Shown: positions 29,327 to 39,704 of the stretch, in pieces
Layout: each line of letters begins with the position of its first letter
How positions within the stretch are numbered: the first letter of the stretch is position 1
Assembly (NCBI GenBank): GCA_963666835.2
Contig: CAXXGO010000003.1
Location: 480,001 to 544,000, forward strand
Length of the DNA stretch: 64,000 nucleotides
Direction: 5' to 3'
DNA from: Phycisphaerae bacterium
GTDB lineage: Bacteria > Planctomycetota > Phycisphaerae > UBA1845
Made by a program: the position numbers and the translations under genes
The notes under the pieces: generated by a model
What the model was told of the DNA's origin: nothing
Seen by the model: the letters and a program-made list of their open reading frames with translations, nothing else
Database searches by the model: none

Positions 29327-31375
29327 TCACCCGTCGTTTTGCGGGGGCGGCTTGCGCCTTCGTTCGCGCCGGCTGGAACTCGCCCGCCCAGGTCGATACC
29401 CGCCGCTCCTTTTTGCGGGTCGCCGGCCTCCGCGCCTCCGGCCATCACTCGCCGCCTCGCGTGGCGGAGTAGCCCAAATAAGAGCATCAGGCGAATCCCC
29501 GATCAAGTCGCGGCGACCGGCCAGCAACAGCGCTTCGCGCACCATGGCGTAGTTCTCCGGCTTGAAGAACTGCATCAACGCCCGGTGCATTCGGCGCTCG
29601 CGCATGCCCTTCGCCACATAGACGGGCTTCATCGTCATCGGATCGAAACCCGTGTGATACATGCAGGTTGCCAGGTCGAGCGGTGCCGGGATGAAATCCT
29701 GCACCTGTCGTGGACGGTAGCCGGTCCTCTTCAAGAAGACCGCCAACTCGATCATCGCGTCCAGATCGGTGCCGGGGTGGGCCGAGATGAAATAGGGTAC
29801 CAGGTACTGCTCCTTTCCTGACGCCCGCGAGGCCTTGTTGAACTTGTCAGTAAACTCCTCGAAGTTGCTGCACGGTGGACGGTTCATGAGCCTCAACGTT
29901 TCGGCGTGGACGTGTTCGGGAGCAACCTTGAGATGACCCCCGACATGATGGGTCGCAAGCTCTTTCAGGTACTGCGGCGAAAGCACCGCCAGGTCCATCC
30001 TAACTCCGCTGGCCACGAGAACCCGCTGGACTCCAGCTAGGCTACGGGTCTCTCTCATCAACTCGATCAGCGGCCCCGTATCGGTATCCAACAAGCGGCA
30101 CACTCGCGGGTGGAGGCAGGAGAGCCTACGGCACTTGGCGGCCACTTCGGGGCGGCTGCAATTCATGCGGTACATGTTCGCGGTCGGGCCACCGAGGTCG
30201 CTGATGACGCTCGTGCCGGCGCGGACCAGCGCCGCCACCTCGTCCCGCACCGACTCACTGCTTCGGGACTGCACGATTCGGCCTTGATGAGCCGTTATCG
30301 AACAATACGCGCATCCCCCGAAACAGCCCCGCATAATCGTTACCGAATCCTTGACGATCTCCAGCGCGGGGATCGGCTCGGTGTAGCTGGGATGCGGACG
30401 ACGGGTGAACGGCAGCCGGTAGAAGAAGTCGAGGGATCTCGTCGAGTCCGGCAGCGCGGGCGGGTTACACACCACAGCTTGGCGATCGTGGAACTGTACC
30501 AGGGTCCTGGCGTTGTGGGGATTGGTCTCCAGGTGAATCACCCGGGTTGCCCGGGCGAAGGCCGACTTGTCGGTCTTCACTTCCTCGTATGAGGGAAGCG
30601 TCACAACTGCGGCACCCGATGGAGCCGTCGCGCCGGCGCCGACGGAGTACGCTACGCCCCGCATGTCGCGCAGATCGGCCACCGACTCTCCGCCGCGGAG
30701 TCTCCGGGCGATCTCCACGATGGCCGATTCCCCCATCCCGAAAACCAGCAGATCGGCCTTGGCATCGAGGAGGATGGACCGCCGGACCGTATCGCTCCAG
30801 AAATCGTAGTGGGCCAAGCGGCGCAGGCTCGCTTCGACTCCGCCGACGATGATCGGAACGCCCTTGTACGCCTCCCGCGCCCGATGGCAGTAGGCTAAGG
30901 TAGCCCGGTCCGGACGCATTCCGATCCGGCCGCCGGGTGAATAGGCATCGTCGTTGCGCACCTTACGGCTGGCCGTGTAATGGTTGAGCATCGAGTCCAT
31001 GTTCCCCGCGCTAACGGCGAAGAAGAGCCTCGGACGCCCGAAGACCCGCCACGGCTCGCAGGTGTGCCAATCGGGCTGAGGTACGATCCCGACTCTGAAG
31101 CCCTGCGATTCCAGAACCCGGCCGAGGATTGCCATGGCGAAGCTGGGGTGATCCACATAGGCATCACCGGTAACGAACACGACATCGACTTCATCCCAGC
31201 CGCGATCCGCGGCCTCGCCGCGCGTCATCGGGAGGAAGCTGGCCCCGTCTCCTGCGGAACCGTACCGGGGAACCGACTCGGACGGTAGCAAGAATTCGAT
31301 GGGATTAAACGCTCCAGCCTCGGCTTGTGTTACCAGAGGTGAGACCTCTCCGGTTCTCCCGGCGTCTTCCGTCAC
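29327..31375 (-). CDS. YgiQ family (UPF0313) radical SAM protein
   Basis: [65 protein letters not shown] and QVQDF.P.P. Confidence 0.96.
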   Translation of the reverse strand: MTEDAGRTGEVSPLVTQAEAGAFNPIEFLLPSESVPRYGSAGDGASFLPMTRGEAADRGWDEVDVVFVTGDAYVDHPSFAMAILGRVLESQGFRVGIVPQPDWHTCEPWRVFGRPRLFFAVSAGNMDSMLNHYTASRKVRNDDAYSPGGRIGMRPDRATLAYCHRAREAYKGVPIIVGGVEASLRRLAHYDFWSDTVRRSILLDAKADLLVFGMGESAIVEIARRLRGGESVADLRDMRGVAYSVGAGATAPSGAAVVTLPSYEEVKTDKSAFARATRVIHLETNPHNARTLVQFHDRQAVVCNPPALPDSTRSLDFFYRLPFTRRPHPSYTEPIPALEIVKDSVTIMRGCFGGCAYCSITAHQGRIVQSRSSESVRDEVAALVRAGTSVISDLGGPTANMYRMNCSRPEVAAKCRRLSCLHPRVCRLLDTDTGPLIELMRETRSLAGVQRVLVASGVRMDLAVLSPQYLKELATHHVGGHLKVAPEHVHAETLRLMNRPPCSNFEEFTDKFNKASRASGKEQYLVPYFISAHPGTDLDAMIELAVFLKRTGYRPRQVQDFIPAPLDLATCMYHTGFDPMTMKPVYVAKGMRERRMHRALMQFFKPENYAMVREALLLAGRRDLIGDSPDALIWATPPREAASDGRRRGGRRPAKRSGGYRPGRASSSRRERRRKPPPQNDG

Positions 31376-31798
31376 CGTGGGATGTACCTCCTATTGACGC
31401 CAATCCGGTCACGCGGCGTGACAAACCGAATCCGATCAGTCTTGTGGAGTGAATTCCGGCCAATCACTCCACCGCTTGCGGAACGGCTCTGTGGCTGTCT
31501 TCCTGAGGATCCGAAACCATGAATCCAGATCGACACGCGCGCTGATGATATCGAAAACAGCCGCGCGGCGACAGGGGCTGGACTCCGGGACTTCCAGACG
31601 GGCAACGCGGTCATCCGGACCGGGAGGGAGCGTATCCCGTGCCCCCGGGGTGGCGCTCCGCGGCTACGCCGCTTCGCCTAAACCTGGGATTCGCGGTAAA
31701 ACGCCTTTGGCTTAGGTCAGGTCACGCGAGCGGGCCCCGAGATCGCGGAGTGCTTGATTTCGTCTCTGGCTCAGCGCGGGCCACGGCCGCCGCGTCTA

Positions 31799-34606
31799 TT
31801 AATACTGAAACTCTACGTTAAGGCACATGTCCCCTCCTTCATGCCGCACGTAGTCCATATACTCGCATAATTCGTCCTCCTCCAGGACCCGATGCCCAGA
31901 GAACTCGCCGGTGCCACCTGGTCCGATCATGGTGTCGCCGCACTTTCCAGAAACGTAGTACTCCACCAGGTCGATCCAGGTCTCGCCACGGGATTCATCG
32001 ACTGGGATGTTGTGGAGGGTCAGGGTGTACGACGTGCCCTCCGAAGTGTTATATGTGGCGGTCACCTCAATGACCTTCCGACCATCCGCGGACATGAGAC
32101 CGGATATGGACTGACCCGGGTAGTTCGGGTCGGTGAGCGTGAAAGTGGCACCGGTCCAGATCGGCTCCCCGACCAGGGTCCAAGTGGGCATCCACCAGTA
32201 GTAGTCCGGACCTACGTGGCCCTCCCACTCAGCCCATTCGCAGTTTCGCGAGGCCCATATGGCCCAACCGCCGAGGTCCGCCGACACGTCGATCGAGCGG
32301 GCTTTCTTGACGTACGGGAGAATGGAATCGCCGGGGTCTTCCTCAACCGTAATAAGCACGGAAGTATCCAGGCTCGCCGTGTCGGCGCTCCCGCTGGCAA
32401 TCTGGAGGTTCAACCATGCGGAACCCTCTGAGACGCCGGTAATCGACAAAGTGCCATTGGGGTACGTGCCGAACGGGGCAAACGCGGCAACGTCCGCCTT
32501 GTCGATCGTAAACGTGCCCGGGTTGATCAACGTCAAATCCGGCTCAGTTGCGCGAGAGTCCAGCGGATTCGTGCTCATTGAAAACGTACCATAGATATGC
32601 AAATCGCTTAGGGTCTCCCCCTTCTTCAACACCAGTTCGGTAGTCGCGGTGCCACGCGAAGTGCCAACGGTTATACCGTCCACCGCATTGAACGCGAGAT
32701 TATCGATCGTAGCCGGTTCGGTGCCGGCAGCCGACCCCTCGGAGAATCCATGCACCTTGACAACCAACGACTGCGTTCCGCGCGCGGACGTGAAGCGGTA
32801 GTTCGCCCACCTTCCGTCGACCGTTACCGGTTCCAGGACGCCTGCGCCGGAGGAACCATCGCCGACGATCAAGTCGGTAATCCGCGCCCCCAGCCATGCG
32901 GTTCCTTTGTTACCCTCGGTGGTAACGGGAGCGCCCATCGCCACGGCCCGCGAATAGTAGGTGGGCGTCTCCGCTTCACGAACCGCAATCATCGTGCCGA
33001 CATCAAAGACGATATGATCGCCGCGCCGCACCGGTCCATCGTTGAGAATGGTTATGCTCTTGACGGCGTATCCCGTTCCGAACCAGTCAGTCGACAGCCC
33101 GATGTCGATACCGTCAGGGAGATCTTCCACCGACCGCAGTATCGGGTAGGACCGGTACGCAGAGAAGTCCCCGTTCTTGAGCCGCTTCAGCATTATAAGG
33201 TAGTTTTCCTTCTGCTGCTGCCAATTGTGGATTTGATCCAACGCCGCCCCAATCGCGTCGGAGGCGTGGTCGGCCCCGGGAACGATCTCGGCCGCTAGTT
33301 GAACAAAGCCCCACCCGACGGACGTCACCCCCCAGAAGGTCGACTTCGTGCGGCCGTTCTCGTAGTCGTCCGCAGTTTCCTTCGCGCTGACCACCATATC
33401 GCCCACCGTATACCACCAGGAAAGCGCGTCCCCTGTAACCGGTTTGGCTCCGATAGCGGAACCATAGGTATCCAGGGCAAGCTTGCCCGTATCCAACGTC
33501 GCCGTCATAAGCTCGCTATTGAACCGCTCGTTCACTTCCTGCCAAGTGTACATACCGCTGGCGTTTTGGACACGGGCGGTAAGAACTCCGTGCTTCTCAG
33601 CCACAGCCAGGGCGACGAGCTCATCGGGGTAAAGATTCCGGATCTTCCAGCTTCCATCGTGCAGGATCATCCAAAAAAGCGTCCCGGCCTCCTGGGTATC
33701 GGACACGCCATCTGCCGTGACCGTCATGGTGTGCCGACAGCGCACCAACGCCGACGTCCGCTCGGCATCATAGCCCGTAGCCAGATGGGTGAAGGAGTGG
33801 TCCGAGAGGGTAGCCCGATCGCGAATGACGTTCAGAGCCGCCTTCGATTCGGCAATGTCATCATCTGACATGAGGTGGAGGGCACAGAGGTCGAGCATAC
33901 CTTCCGTATCGCCCGCCACCTGCCTTTCGAAGAACTGTTCGGCAACCGCTTCCGGCGTGGATTCATCAACGTCATCCGGGTCGTCACCCCCGTCATCGTC
34001 CGCGTCGTTATCCGAATCGTCGTCCGCAAGATCGTCCGCGTCATCATTCGCGTCGTCTGCAGGATCGTCCGCGTCATCATCCGCGGTGTCGTCATCGCCG
34101 AGAGCTGACGCCATAATGCTGCAGATGCCGGCGTCACCTGAGGCGGAGTTGCAGGACCAGGTGGAGGGATCCGAATCTTCCACCGTATAGGTCCCCGCCG
34201 GAAGCTCGATGTTTGGCGTGCAGACCCAATAGAGGTTGGCGGGAGTGCCTTCCGATGGCTGGCCGGTACAGTTCCACGTGCCAACCAGGTTCCCGTTTGC
34301 GTCGCGTATGCTCACCGTACCGGGGGCGGCGGTACCCGCCCCCCCGTTCCAATGGTACGTTTCGATGGAGGCGATGCTCCGCGATTGCGTGATGGTGAAC
34401 TGCGTGGCCGCGGTGGGCCCGTTCCGCACGCCCTCAGAGTTGTTATTATCGAAGATCGAAACCGCCACGGGCCGACCACTCGAATCGTCACCGTCGTCGC
34501 CATCTTGGACAGGCGTAGTGGGTGTCGCACATCCACCTGCGAAAAGTGCCATCGACGTGCCGATCAAAACAACGACCACCGAGTGAAATGTGATTCTCTT
34601 CAACAT
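31799..34606 (-). CDS. Large hypothetical multidomain lipoprotein
   Basis: Lipobox LFAGGC, GGAGGG RBS, an N-terminal beta domain (IETYHWN...LPAGTY.V.DSDP.TWS.N), an Asp-rich linker and an NTF2-like segment (TPEAVAEQFF...DGSWKI). Confidence 0.8.
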   Translation of the reverse strand: MLKRITFHSVVVVLIGTSMALFAGGCATPTTPVQDGDDGDDSSGRPVAVSIFDNNNSEGVRNGPTAATQFTITQSRSIASIETYHWNGGAGTAAPGTVSIRDANGNLVGTWNCTGQPSEGTPANLYWVCTPNIELPAGTYTVEDSDPSTWSCNSASGDAGICSIMASALGDDDTADDDADDPADDANDDADDLADDDSDNDADDDGGDDPDDVDESTPEAVAEQFFERQVAGDTEGMLDLCALHLMSDDDIAESKAALNVIRDRATLSDHSFTHLATGYDAERTSALVRCRHTMTVTADGVSDTQEAGTLFWMILHDGSWKIRNLYPDELVALAVAEKHGVLTARVQNASGMYTWQEVNERFNSELMTATLDTGKLALDTYGSAIGAKPVTGDALSWWYTVGDMVVSAKETADDYENGRTKSTFWGVTSVGWGFVQLAAEIVPGADHASDAIGAALDQIHNWQQQKENYLIMLKRLKNGDFSAYRSYPILRSVEDLPDGIDIGLSTDWFGTGYAVKSITILNDGPVRRGDHIVFDVGTMIAVREAETPTYYSRAVAMGAPVTTEGNKGTAWLGARITDLIVGDGSSGAGVLEPVTVDGRWANYRFTSARGTQSLVVKVHGFSEGSAAGTEPATIDNLAFNAVDGITVGTSRGTATTELVLKKGETLSDLHIYGTFSMSTNPLDSRATEPDLTLINPGTFTIDKADVAAFAPFGTYPNGTLSITGVSEGSAWLNLQIASGSADTASLDTSVLITVEEDPGDSILPYVKKARSIDVSADLGGWAIWASRNCEWAEWEGHVGPDYYWWMPTWTLVGEPIWTGATFTLTDPNYPGQSISGLMSADGRKVIEVTATYNTSEGTSYTLTLHNIPVDESRGETWIDLVEYYVSGKCGDTMIGPGGTGEFSGHRVLEEDELCEYMDYVRHEGGDMCLNVEFQY
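33965..34100 (-). repeat. Low-complexity Asp-rich coding repeat
   Basis: Encodes DDDTADDDADDPADDANDDADDLADDDSDNDADDDGGDDPDD. Confidence 0.8.
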
Positions 34607-35157
34607 TATGTGCCCCTCCTATGGACTGGGGAGCCGCAAGGACGTACGTATCCCGGTGCGGCATGCCGGCAGCCCGGTCTGGCCTCAGTATATGGCGCGC
34701 CCGGTTGTGCATCAAGGTGAAATCAGTTCGTGAAGCCGAAATCTGGTCTTCACGCCCGCATCATCCAGCAACTCGCACCCGTGATCCCAGGGTCGGTAAC
34801 CGCCTCCTGGCGCAAACCTGGAAACGCGGTCTATCGAATCACAACACAGCCGCTGAATGGCGACCGCACGTCCAATGGTACTGTCCAACCTCTGCGGGGC
34901 AGCGGGCGAGAATACCCCGCGATCTTGCGAATGGGTGTGACTGTGGAAGCTCGGATCCAATACACCTCCACCATGCAGAGCAGCTCCGCAGCCGGTAACG
35001 GAACTGGTATTCGCGGACCTTAACGCCCAGACCGGAATGGTCCTTACGCAACGCCGCCCGTCCCCGTATGAAACGAGAGTATTATCGGAGGATCGTCAGA
35101 AGCGGTGACGAGCCTGCGTCGGCACACACAACCGCGCATGCAGCCTGCGCCCACGCG

Positions 35158-36105
35158 CTATGATACCGGTTTGTCATAGGGGTGGTCGTCTCTCGGGCTC
35201 CCATCATTGCCGACAATTCCAACGCCGTAGTAGGACTCGGCTCGGAACCCGGCTTGGCGGATCAGGTTGGCAATGCGGTCCACGGACGAGTCGGGTAACG
35301 CCGCTACATGCTCCTCCGCCGGTCGCCGGGCGACGGTGTACACCTGCACATGGTCGACTCGCCCGCCGTCCTGAGTTATAGCGTTCAACCGCCCAAGATA
35401 AGCGGACAACTCCGCTTTGTCCGGCTCCACGCCGTCAAGTCGCGCGAACAGTGATTGAATAACGATAGGTCTGATCCGCGCGGCGGCGGTGATATTGGCC
35501 ACGATCTCGGCCAGGGTTATTGACGCGCGATTAACCTTGCGGAAGTACTCTTCCGTTCCAGCATCGAGCTTAGCCCATATTTGTCCGTTGTTGCGGTCCA
35601 TCACCGCGAGGCCGGCAACCACTTTCGGGTCGCTCAGGTGCCCGGCATTCGTTATCAACACGATCTTCGTATCTGTCCAGCCGGCTGCGCACCGCACCTC
35701 GGCTACTACATCAACGCATTCGGCAAACCTAGGACACTTGGTGGGTTCGGCATTGCCCGAGAAAGCGAAGTCGTTGACCGATCGGCGGTTTCGAGGGACA
35801 TCCGCGAAGGCCGGGGCCTTCCACAGGGCACCACTCTGCACGGCAACTACGATATCGTAAAGCTCTCGGCGGAGCCCGTCGGGATCCACCGCATCACTTT
35901 GCGCCTTCCGCGATCTGTCGACCTGGCAGTAAACACAGTTAAAGTCGCAAACCGCGGCCGGACTGAGGTTCACCCCGATGCTGAGTCCGCCACTGCGCCG
36001 CGAAATCACCGGATAGACGTATTGATTGTCGCACCAGTCGCGCGGATGGCTGCCATAGTGGCGTAACGACGGGTCGCGTGATTCATCGGTAGGCACGTTG
36101 TCCAA
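35158..36105 (-). CDS. Radical SAM protein (COG0731-like Fe-S oxidoreductase)
   Basis: VYPVISRRSGGLSIGVNL, CDFNCVYC, FSGNAEPT and AKLDAG. Confidence 0.9.
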   Translation of the reverse strand: MDNVPTDESRDPSLRHYGSHPRDWCDNQYVYPVISRRSGGLSIGVNLSPAAVCDFNCVYCQVDRSRKAQSDAVDPDGLRRELYDIVVAVQSGALWKAPAFADVPRNRRSVNDFAFSGNAEPTKCPRFAECVDVVAEVRCAAGWTDTKIVLITNAGHLSDPKVVAGLAVMDRNNGQIWAKLDAGTEEYFRKVNRASITLAEIVANITAAARIRPIVIQSLFARLDGVEPDKAELSAYLGRLNAITQDGGRVDHVQVYTVARRPAEEHVAALPDSSVDRIANLIRQAGFRAESYYGVGIVGNDGSPRDDHPYDKPVS

Positions 36106-36133
36106 CTAGTCCCGCAAGCGGTAATGTCCGCCC

Positions 36134-37807
36134 TTACTCGGTGGTCACGACGACGTTGTCATACTCCAGCAACGTCCCCTTGGCTCTTTCGAGCGCCACA
36201 ATCGCCATGTTGTAGTTGGTCAATATCTGAAGCATGGCCCGGCGCGTCTCGGCCAGGCTCCGGCGGGCGCTCAATTCGCTGTTGAGCGTGTTGATGTCCT
36301 TCCGCTCCGCCCGCGCCACAATGGACTCGACCTCGCGTTCCCGCGCCTCGGCCGACTCCAAACTCGGAGCGATCTGCTCATGCGACGTATTCAGCGCCCG
36401 GACGGCCTGATTTACTTCGAGAATGGTCTGCTCGATCTGCGTTTTCAGGGCAACCTTGGCTTGAGCGTACTCCAGCTCGCTCCGGCGTCTTACGGCGCGC
36501 GGACTGCGATTTCCGATCGGCACTTCAAACTGAACACCCACCACGTACGTCGTATAGTTGTGCCCGGAGACCTCATCAAACGACCGATCGGCCGTCCCCG
36601 CCAGCCCGGTAATTCGGTAAGTGAGCGACAGGTCAAGCTGCGGCAACTCGGCGTTGCGACTCTGCCCCACCTGGATCTTCGCATTCGCTATCTGCAGTTC
36701 CCCCTCGCGTATCTCCGGCCGGTTGTCCAACGCGGTTTGGGCCTCGGCGACGCGGTCCACGACAATCCTGGAAAGCGAAGGAAAATCCTCCGTGATAATC
36801 TCGATGTCATCGGCCAGGTTGATCTCCGGATCGTTCATCAGGGCAATCAGGTTGTCTTCGGCGTCGAACACCGCCGCCCGGGTCTGCACGAACTCCGCCC
36901 TACTCTGCTCCAGGTTGGCCTTGGTCGCCGCGAGCTGGACCGGGGTCACGTCAAACGATTGACGGGCCACCAGGTAATCGTAGATCCCCTCGAAATCCGC
37001 CAGGAGCCTCGCCGCAATCACCACCTCTCGCCGGGCCGACATCAACTCCCAGTAGAGCCTCTCCGCCTCCACCAGTGTGTCACGTATCTGACGCTGAAAC
37101 GCCAGATCGCTGATGCTGCGGTTATTCTTGCGCACATGGATCATCGACCTGTTCACGTCAATTCCAAATCCGCGCAACAACGGCTGCCGTAACTCCAACG
37201 CCAGATTGCTGGTATAGGCCGGATTGATCTCCTGGTATGACAGCGACGATTTTTCGCGTCTGAGGTTGTAGTAGGCCGAGATCTGCGCTCCGGTCGGCAA
37301 TAACTTGCGCACGCCACCGGTCAAGTCGAAGGAGTCCGACTCGTTGGCGTAAAGCTGAGAGGCCGTGGGCTGATCCACCTTGTTCTTGGTGAAGTCGGAG
37401 AAAAGGACCGCATCAAACGCCGCCTCCGCTTCGACCACCCGCGTGGCCTCGACCGCCGGATTGAAACTCTGCACCTCGATCGCATAGCTGTTGGCCAAGG
37501 TCCGCTGCAGCACATCCTGCAGGCTCAACCGCAGTTGTTGAGGACGGCGAATGCTGTCCACCCGCTCGTCCACCCGCTTCAGGTTATCAGCGGTGACCGT
37601 ATCGCCGTCACGGCGTGCCTGCTCCAGCCGTTGGGCTCCTTCTTGGCGGTGGAGATCCGGGTCTGGCACATGCCCCTTCACTCGATCAACCGAAACCACA
37701 AGCCCTTCGTCGGCCGCCGCTTCAGCGCCGGATTGCCCGTGAGCCGAAACGGGGATTGAAACCGCCACAAAGAACGCAATTGTGCAGATCGTTCGGTATC
37801 CCAGCAT
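36134..37807 (-). CDS. TolC family outer membrane efflux protein
   Basis: Signal peptide, LSL.D....LANS, LRQPLLRG.G, A.R.YW.L, AL.NRPE, LP.LDL and a helical C-terminus with LE.A.G.LL. Confidence 0.9.
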   Translation of the reverse strand: MLGYRTICTIAFFVAVSIPVSAHGQSGAEAAADEGLVVSVDRVKGHVPDPDLHRQEGAQRLEQARRDGDTVTADNLKRVDERVDSIRRPQQLRLSLQDVLQRTLANSYAIEVQSFNPAVEATRVVEAEAAFDAVLFSDFTKNKVDQPTASQLYANESDSFDLTGGVRKLLPTGAQISAYYNLRREKSSLSYQEINPAYTSNLALELRQPLLRGFGIDVNRSMIHVRKNNRSISDLAFQRQIRDTLVEAERLYWELMSARREVVIAARLLADFEGIYDYLVARQSFDVTPVQLAATKANLEQSRAEFVQTRAAVFDAEDNLIALMNDPEINLADDIEIITEDFPSLSRIVVDRVAEAQTALDNRPEIREGELQIANAKIQVGQSRNAELPQLDLSLTYRITGLAGTADRSFDEVSGHNYTTYVVGVQFEVPIGNRSPRAVRRRSELEYAQAKVALKTQIEQTILEVNQAVRALNTSHEQIAPSLESAEAREREVESIVARAERKDINTLNSELSARRSLAETRRAMLQILTNYNMAIVALERAKGTLLEYDNVVVTTE

Positions 37808-38041
37808 GATCAGGTGGAGTCCCTATCGCGGATGATGTCCAAGACAACAAGGCCGAACAAAAGCCACCCTTGCTGCGATTGCGCTTCAACTCTTGCGGAC
37901 GCCCGCGCCGCGCCGCGCAACGCCCGTCGGAGCGGTATTATCGTACCAACGGGTCGCCGAACCCGTCAATCGGGCTAATCTCGGACCATCCCGGCACACA
38001 ACTTCCGACGGGGCTGCGAAGAGGCTGCTCACGGCACCTGG

Positions 38042-38923
38042 ATGATAAGCGGCCTGTTTGCTATCATAATCTGCGGGCTTAAACACGAAATGCGAAGAGG
38101 AACGCCCATCGTGACACGATCGAGGGAATCCCGGCCGGAGGAATCGGGTGGATTGGCAATTGTGCGCGACTTCTTCGTCCAGCCCGGAAGGGAAATCTTG
38201 GCCTGCCTCGAACCGATCATGTCCGTTCGAAACCCGTTGCGGGCGATGGGGCCCATGCTGATAGCCATGGTGGTCTGCTGGTTCGTCTATGTCCCAATCC
38301 ACGAGTTGCTCCACTGTGCCGGCTGCGAGGTAACCGGGGGAGATGTCTCGCGGCTCGAGGTGGCACCGCGCTACGGGGCTGCCTTGCTGGCTAAGATCTT
38401 CCCGTTTGTCGTGTCGGGCAGCGACTACGCCGGGCAGTTGACTGGTTTTGACACGAAAGGCAGCGATCTTATCTACCTTGCCACAGACTTCGGCCCGTTC
38501 GTGCTGACGGTTCTGCTCGGCGTGCCCCTGATTCGGCTATGCACGCATCGCCGCCGACCGATCCTCTTCGGCATTGCCGTCGTGCTCGGACTGGCTTCGT
38601 TCTACAATATCCCGGGGGATTACTTCGAGATGGGCTCGATCATCACCACTCGGGTAGCGACGTTCGTCTCCGGCGCCGGCCCGGAGCCCATCTTCGCGGG
38701 CATCCGTTCAGACGATGTGTTCACTCTGCTTTCGGATATGGTCGCCGACCCGGCCAAGGTCGGCCTCCATGGCTGGAAGCAGATATCCATTGGTTCTGCG
38801 CTTGTTCTCGTCTCGTTGGTTGTAGACGTGTTCCTGGCTTTCGCAACTTACTTCCTGGGCAGTATCGTGGCCAACGTCGTAATCCGACCAGCCACGGTCC
38901 GCACCGCCCCCGCTGCAACCTGA
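38042..38923 (+). CDS. Membrane protein with an HExxH motif (possible M50-like zinc metalloprotease)
   Basis: VPIHELLH at the end of a TM helix, downstream GP and NIPGDY, and several TM segments. The true start is probably further downstream. Confidence 0.6.
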   Translation: MISGLFAIIICGLKHEMRRGTPIVTRSRESRPEESGGLAIVRDFFVQPGREILACLEPIMSVRNPLRAMGPMLIAMVVCWFVYVPIHELLHCAGCEVTGGDVSRLEVAPRYGAALLAKIFPFVVSGSDYAGQLTGFDTKGSDLIYLATDFGPFVLTVLLGVPLIRLCTHRRRPILFGIAVVLGLASFYNIPGDYFEMGSIITTRVATFVSGAGPEPIFAGIRSDDVFTLLSDMVADPAKVGLHGWKQISIGSALVLVSLVVDVFLAFATYFLGSIVANVVIRPATVRTAPAAT

Positions 38924-39179
38924 TCGCTCCGCTCGGAGCTTTTTCGCACCAAGACTATTCCTCGCCCCTGGGTCGCCCGTCACCCGTACATACTGTCCAG
39001 CAATCAAGCCCCAATACAAATGGCTGCTCCACTGCAATCCGGACCGTCAATTCGGTTACTCTACATGGGCGTACAATTACTGTCGATCAACTATTGGCAG
39101 ACTGCGATTTACATCTAGCCACGAGCCTTCCCGGACTGTAGGATGCGGTTCTGGACCAGTCGGAACGAATAGGAGGTCG

Positions 39180-39647
39180 TTGGCCGTGCCCGAGTCCCAA
39201 CAGACAATGGATGCCATGGCGGAGGAGGTTTTCGAGCTGTACCGAGTGATCGCCCTCGCGCGCTCGCGGCGGCCGGCCGGGCCCGACGACTTATCCGAAA
39301 CCGAGTTCGTCACCCTGGACGCACTCGCCAAGGAGGAACCACTGACCATCGGTGACGTCCAGAAGCGCGTCGGCGTCGTGCCGGCCCAGATGTCCAGGGT
39401 GGTTCGGGCAATGGAGGAGCAGGGAGGCAAAGGGTACATCCGCTGCGCGATAAACGCCACGGACCGGCGGAGAATCGATCTGTCGCTGACCGAAGCCGGC
39501 CGCGAGGCTTACGAGAAGTTTCGCTCGGTGCGACTTGCGAGCATGCATCACGTCCTCAAGGTGCTGGCTCCCGAGGACAGGCTGAACTTCATGAGGATGA
39601 TGCGACAACTCCGGTCGTCATTCGAAGAGAAGCTCAGCGGGTCATAG
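39180..39647 (+). CDS. MarR family transcriptional regulator
   Basis: LS..EF..L..L, an HTH segment and DRRR..L.LTEAG. AGGAGG RBS. Confidence 0.93.
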   Translation: MAVPESQQTMDAMAEEVFELYRVIALARSRRPAGPDDLSETEFVTLDALAKEEPLTIGDVQKRVGVVPAQMSRVVRAMEEQGGKGYIRCAINATDRRRIDLSLTEAGREAYEKFRSVRLASMHHVLKVLAPEDRLNFMRMMRQLRSSFEEKLSGS

Positions 39648-39704
39648 TCCCGCACCGGCGTGTGACGCCCTTTCGCCTCTGAATATCATCCGCCGGATTC
39701 GCAG

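Noticed and set aside
31444..31472. Inverted repeat GTGGAGTGA-N11-TCACTCCAC upstream of the YgiQ-family gene
   Set aside because: Single copy with no U-tract and no recognisable family, so no function can be supported.
34730..35023. 97-aa ORF in the gap upstream of the lipoprotein
   Set aside because: No convincing RBS or motif, so it cannot be told apart from a chance ORF.
39075..39095. Possible MarR operator AATTACTGTCGATCAACTATT
   Set aside because: Only a weak imperfect palindrome with a single copy, too little to call.
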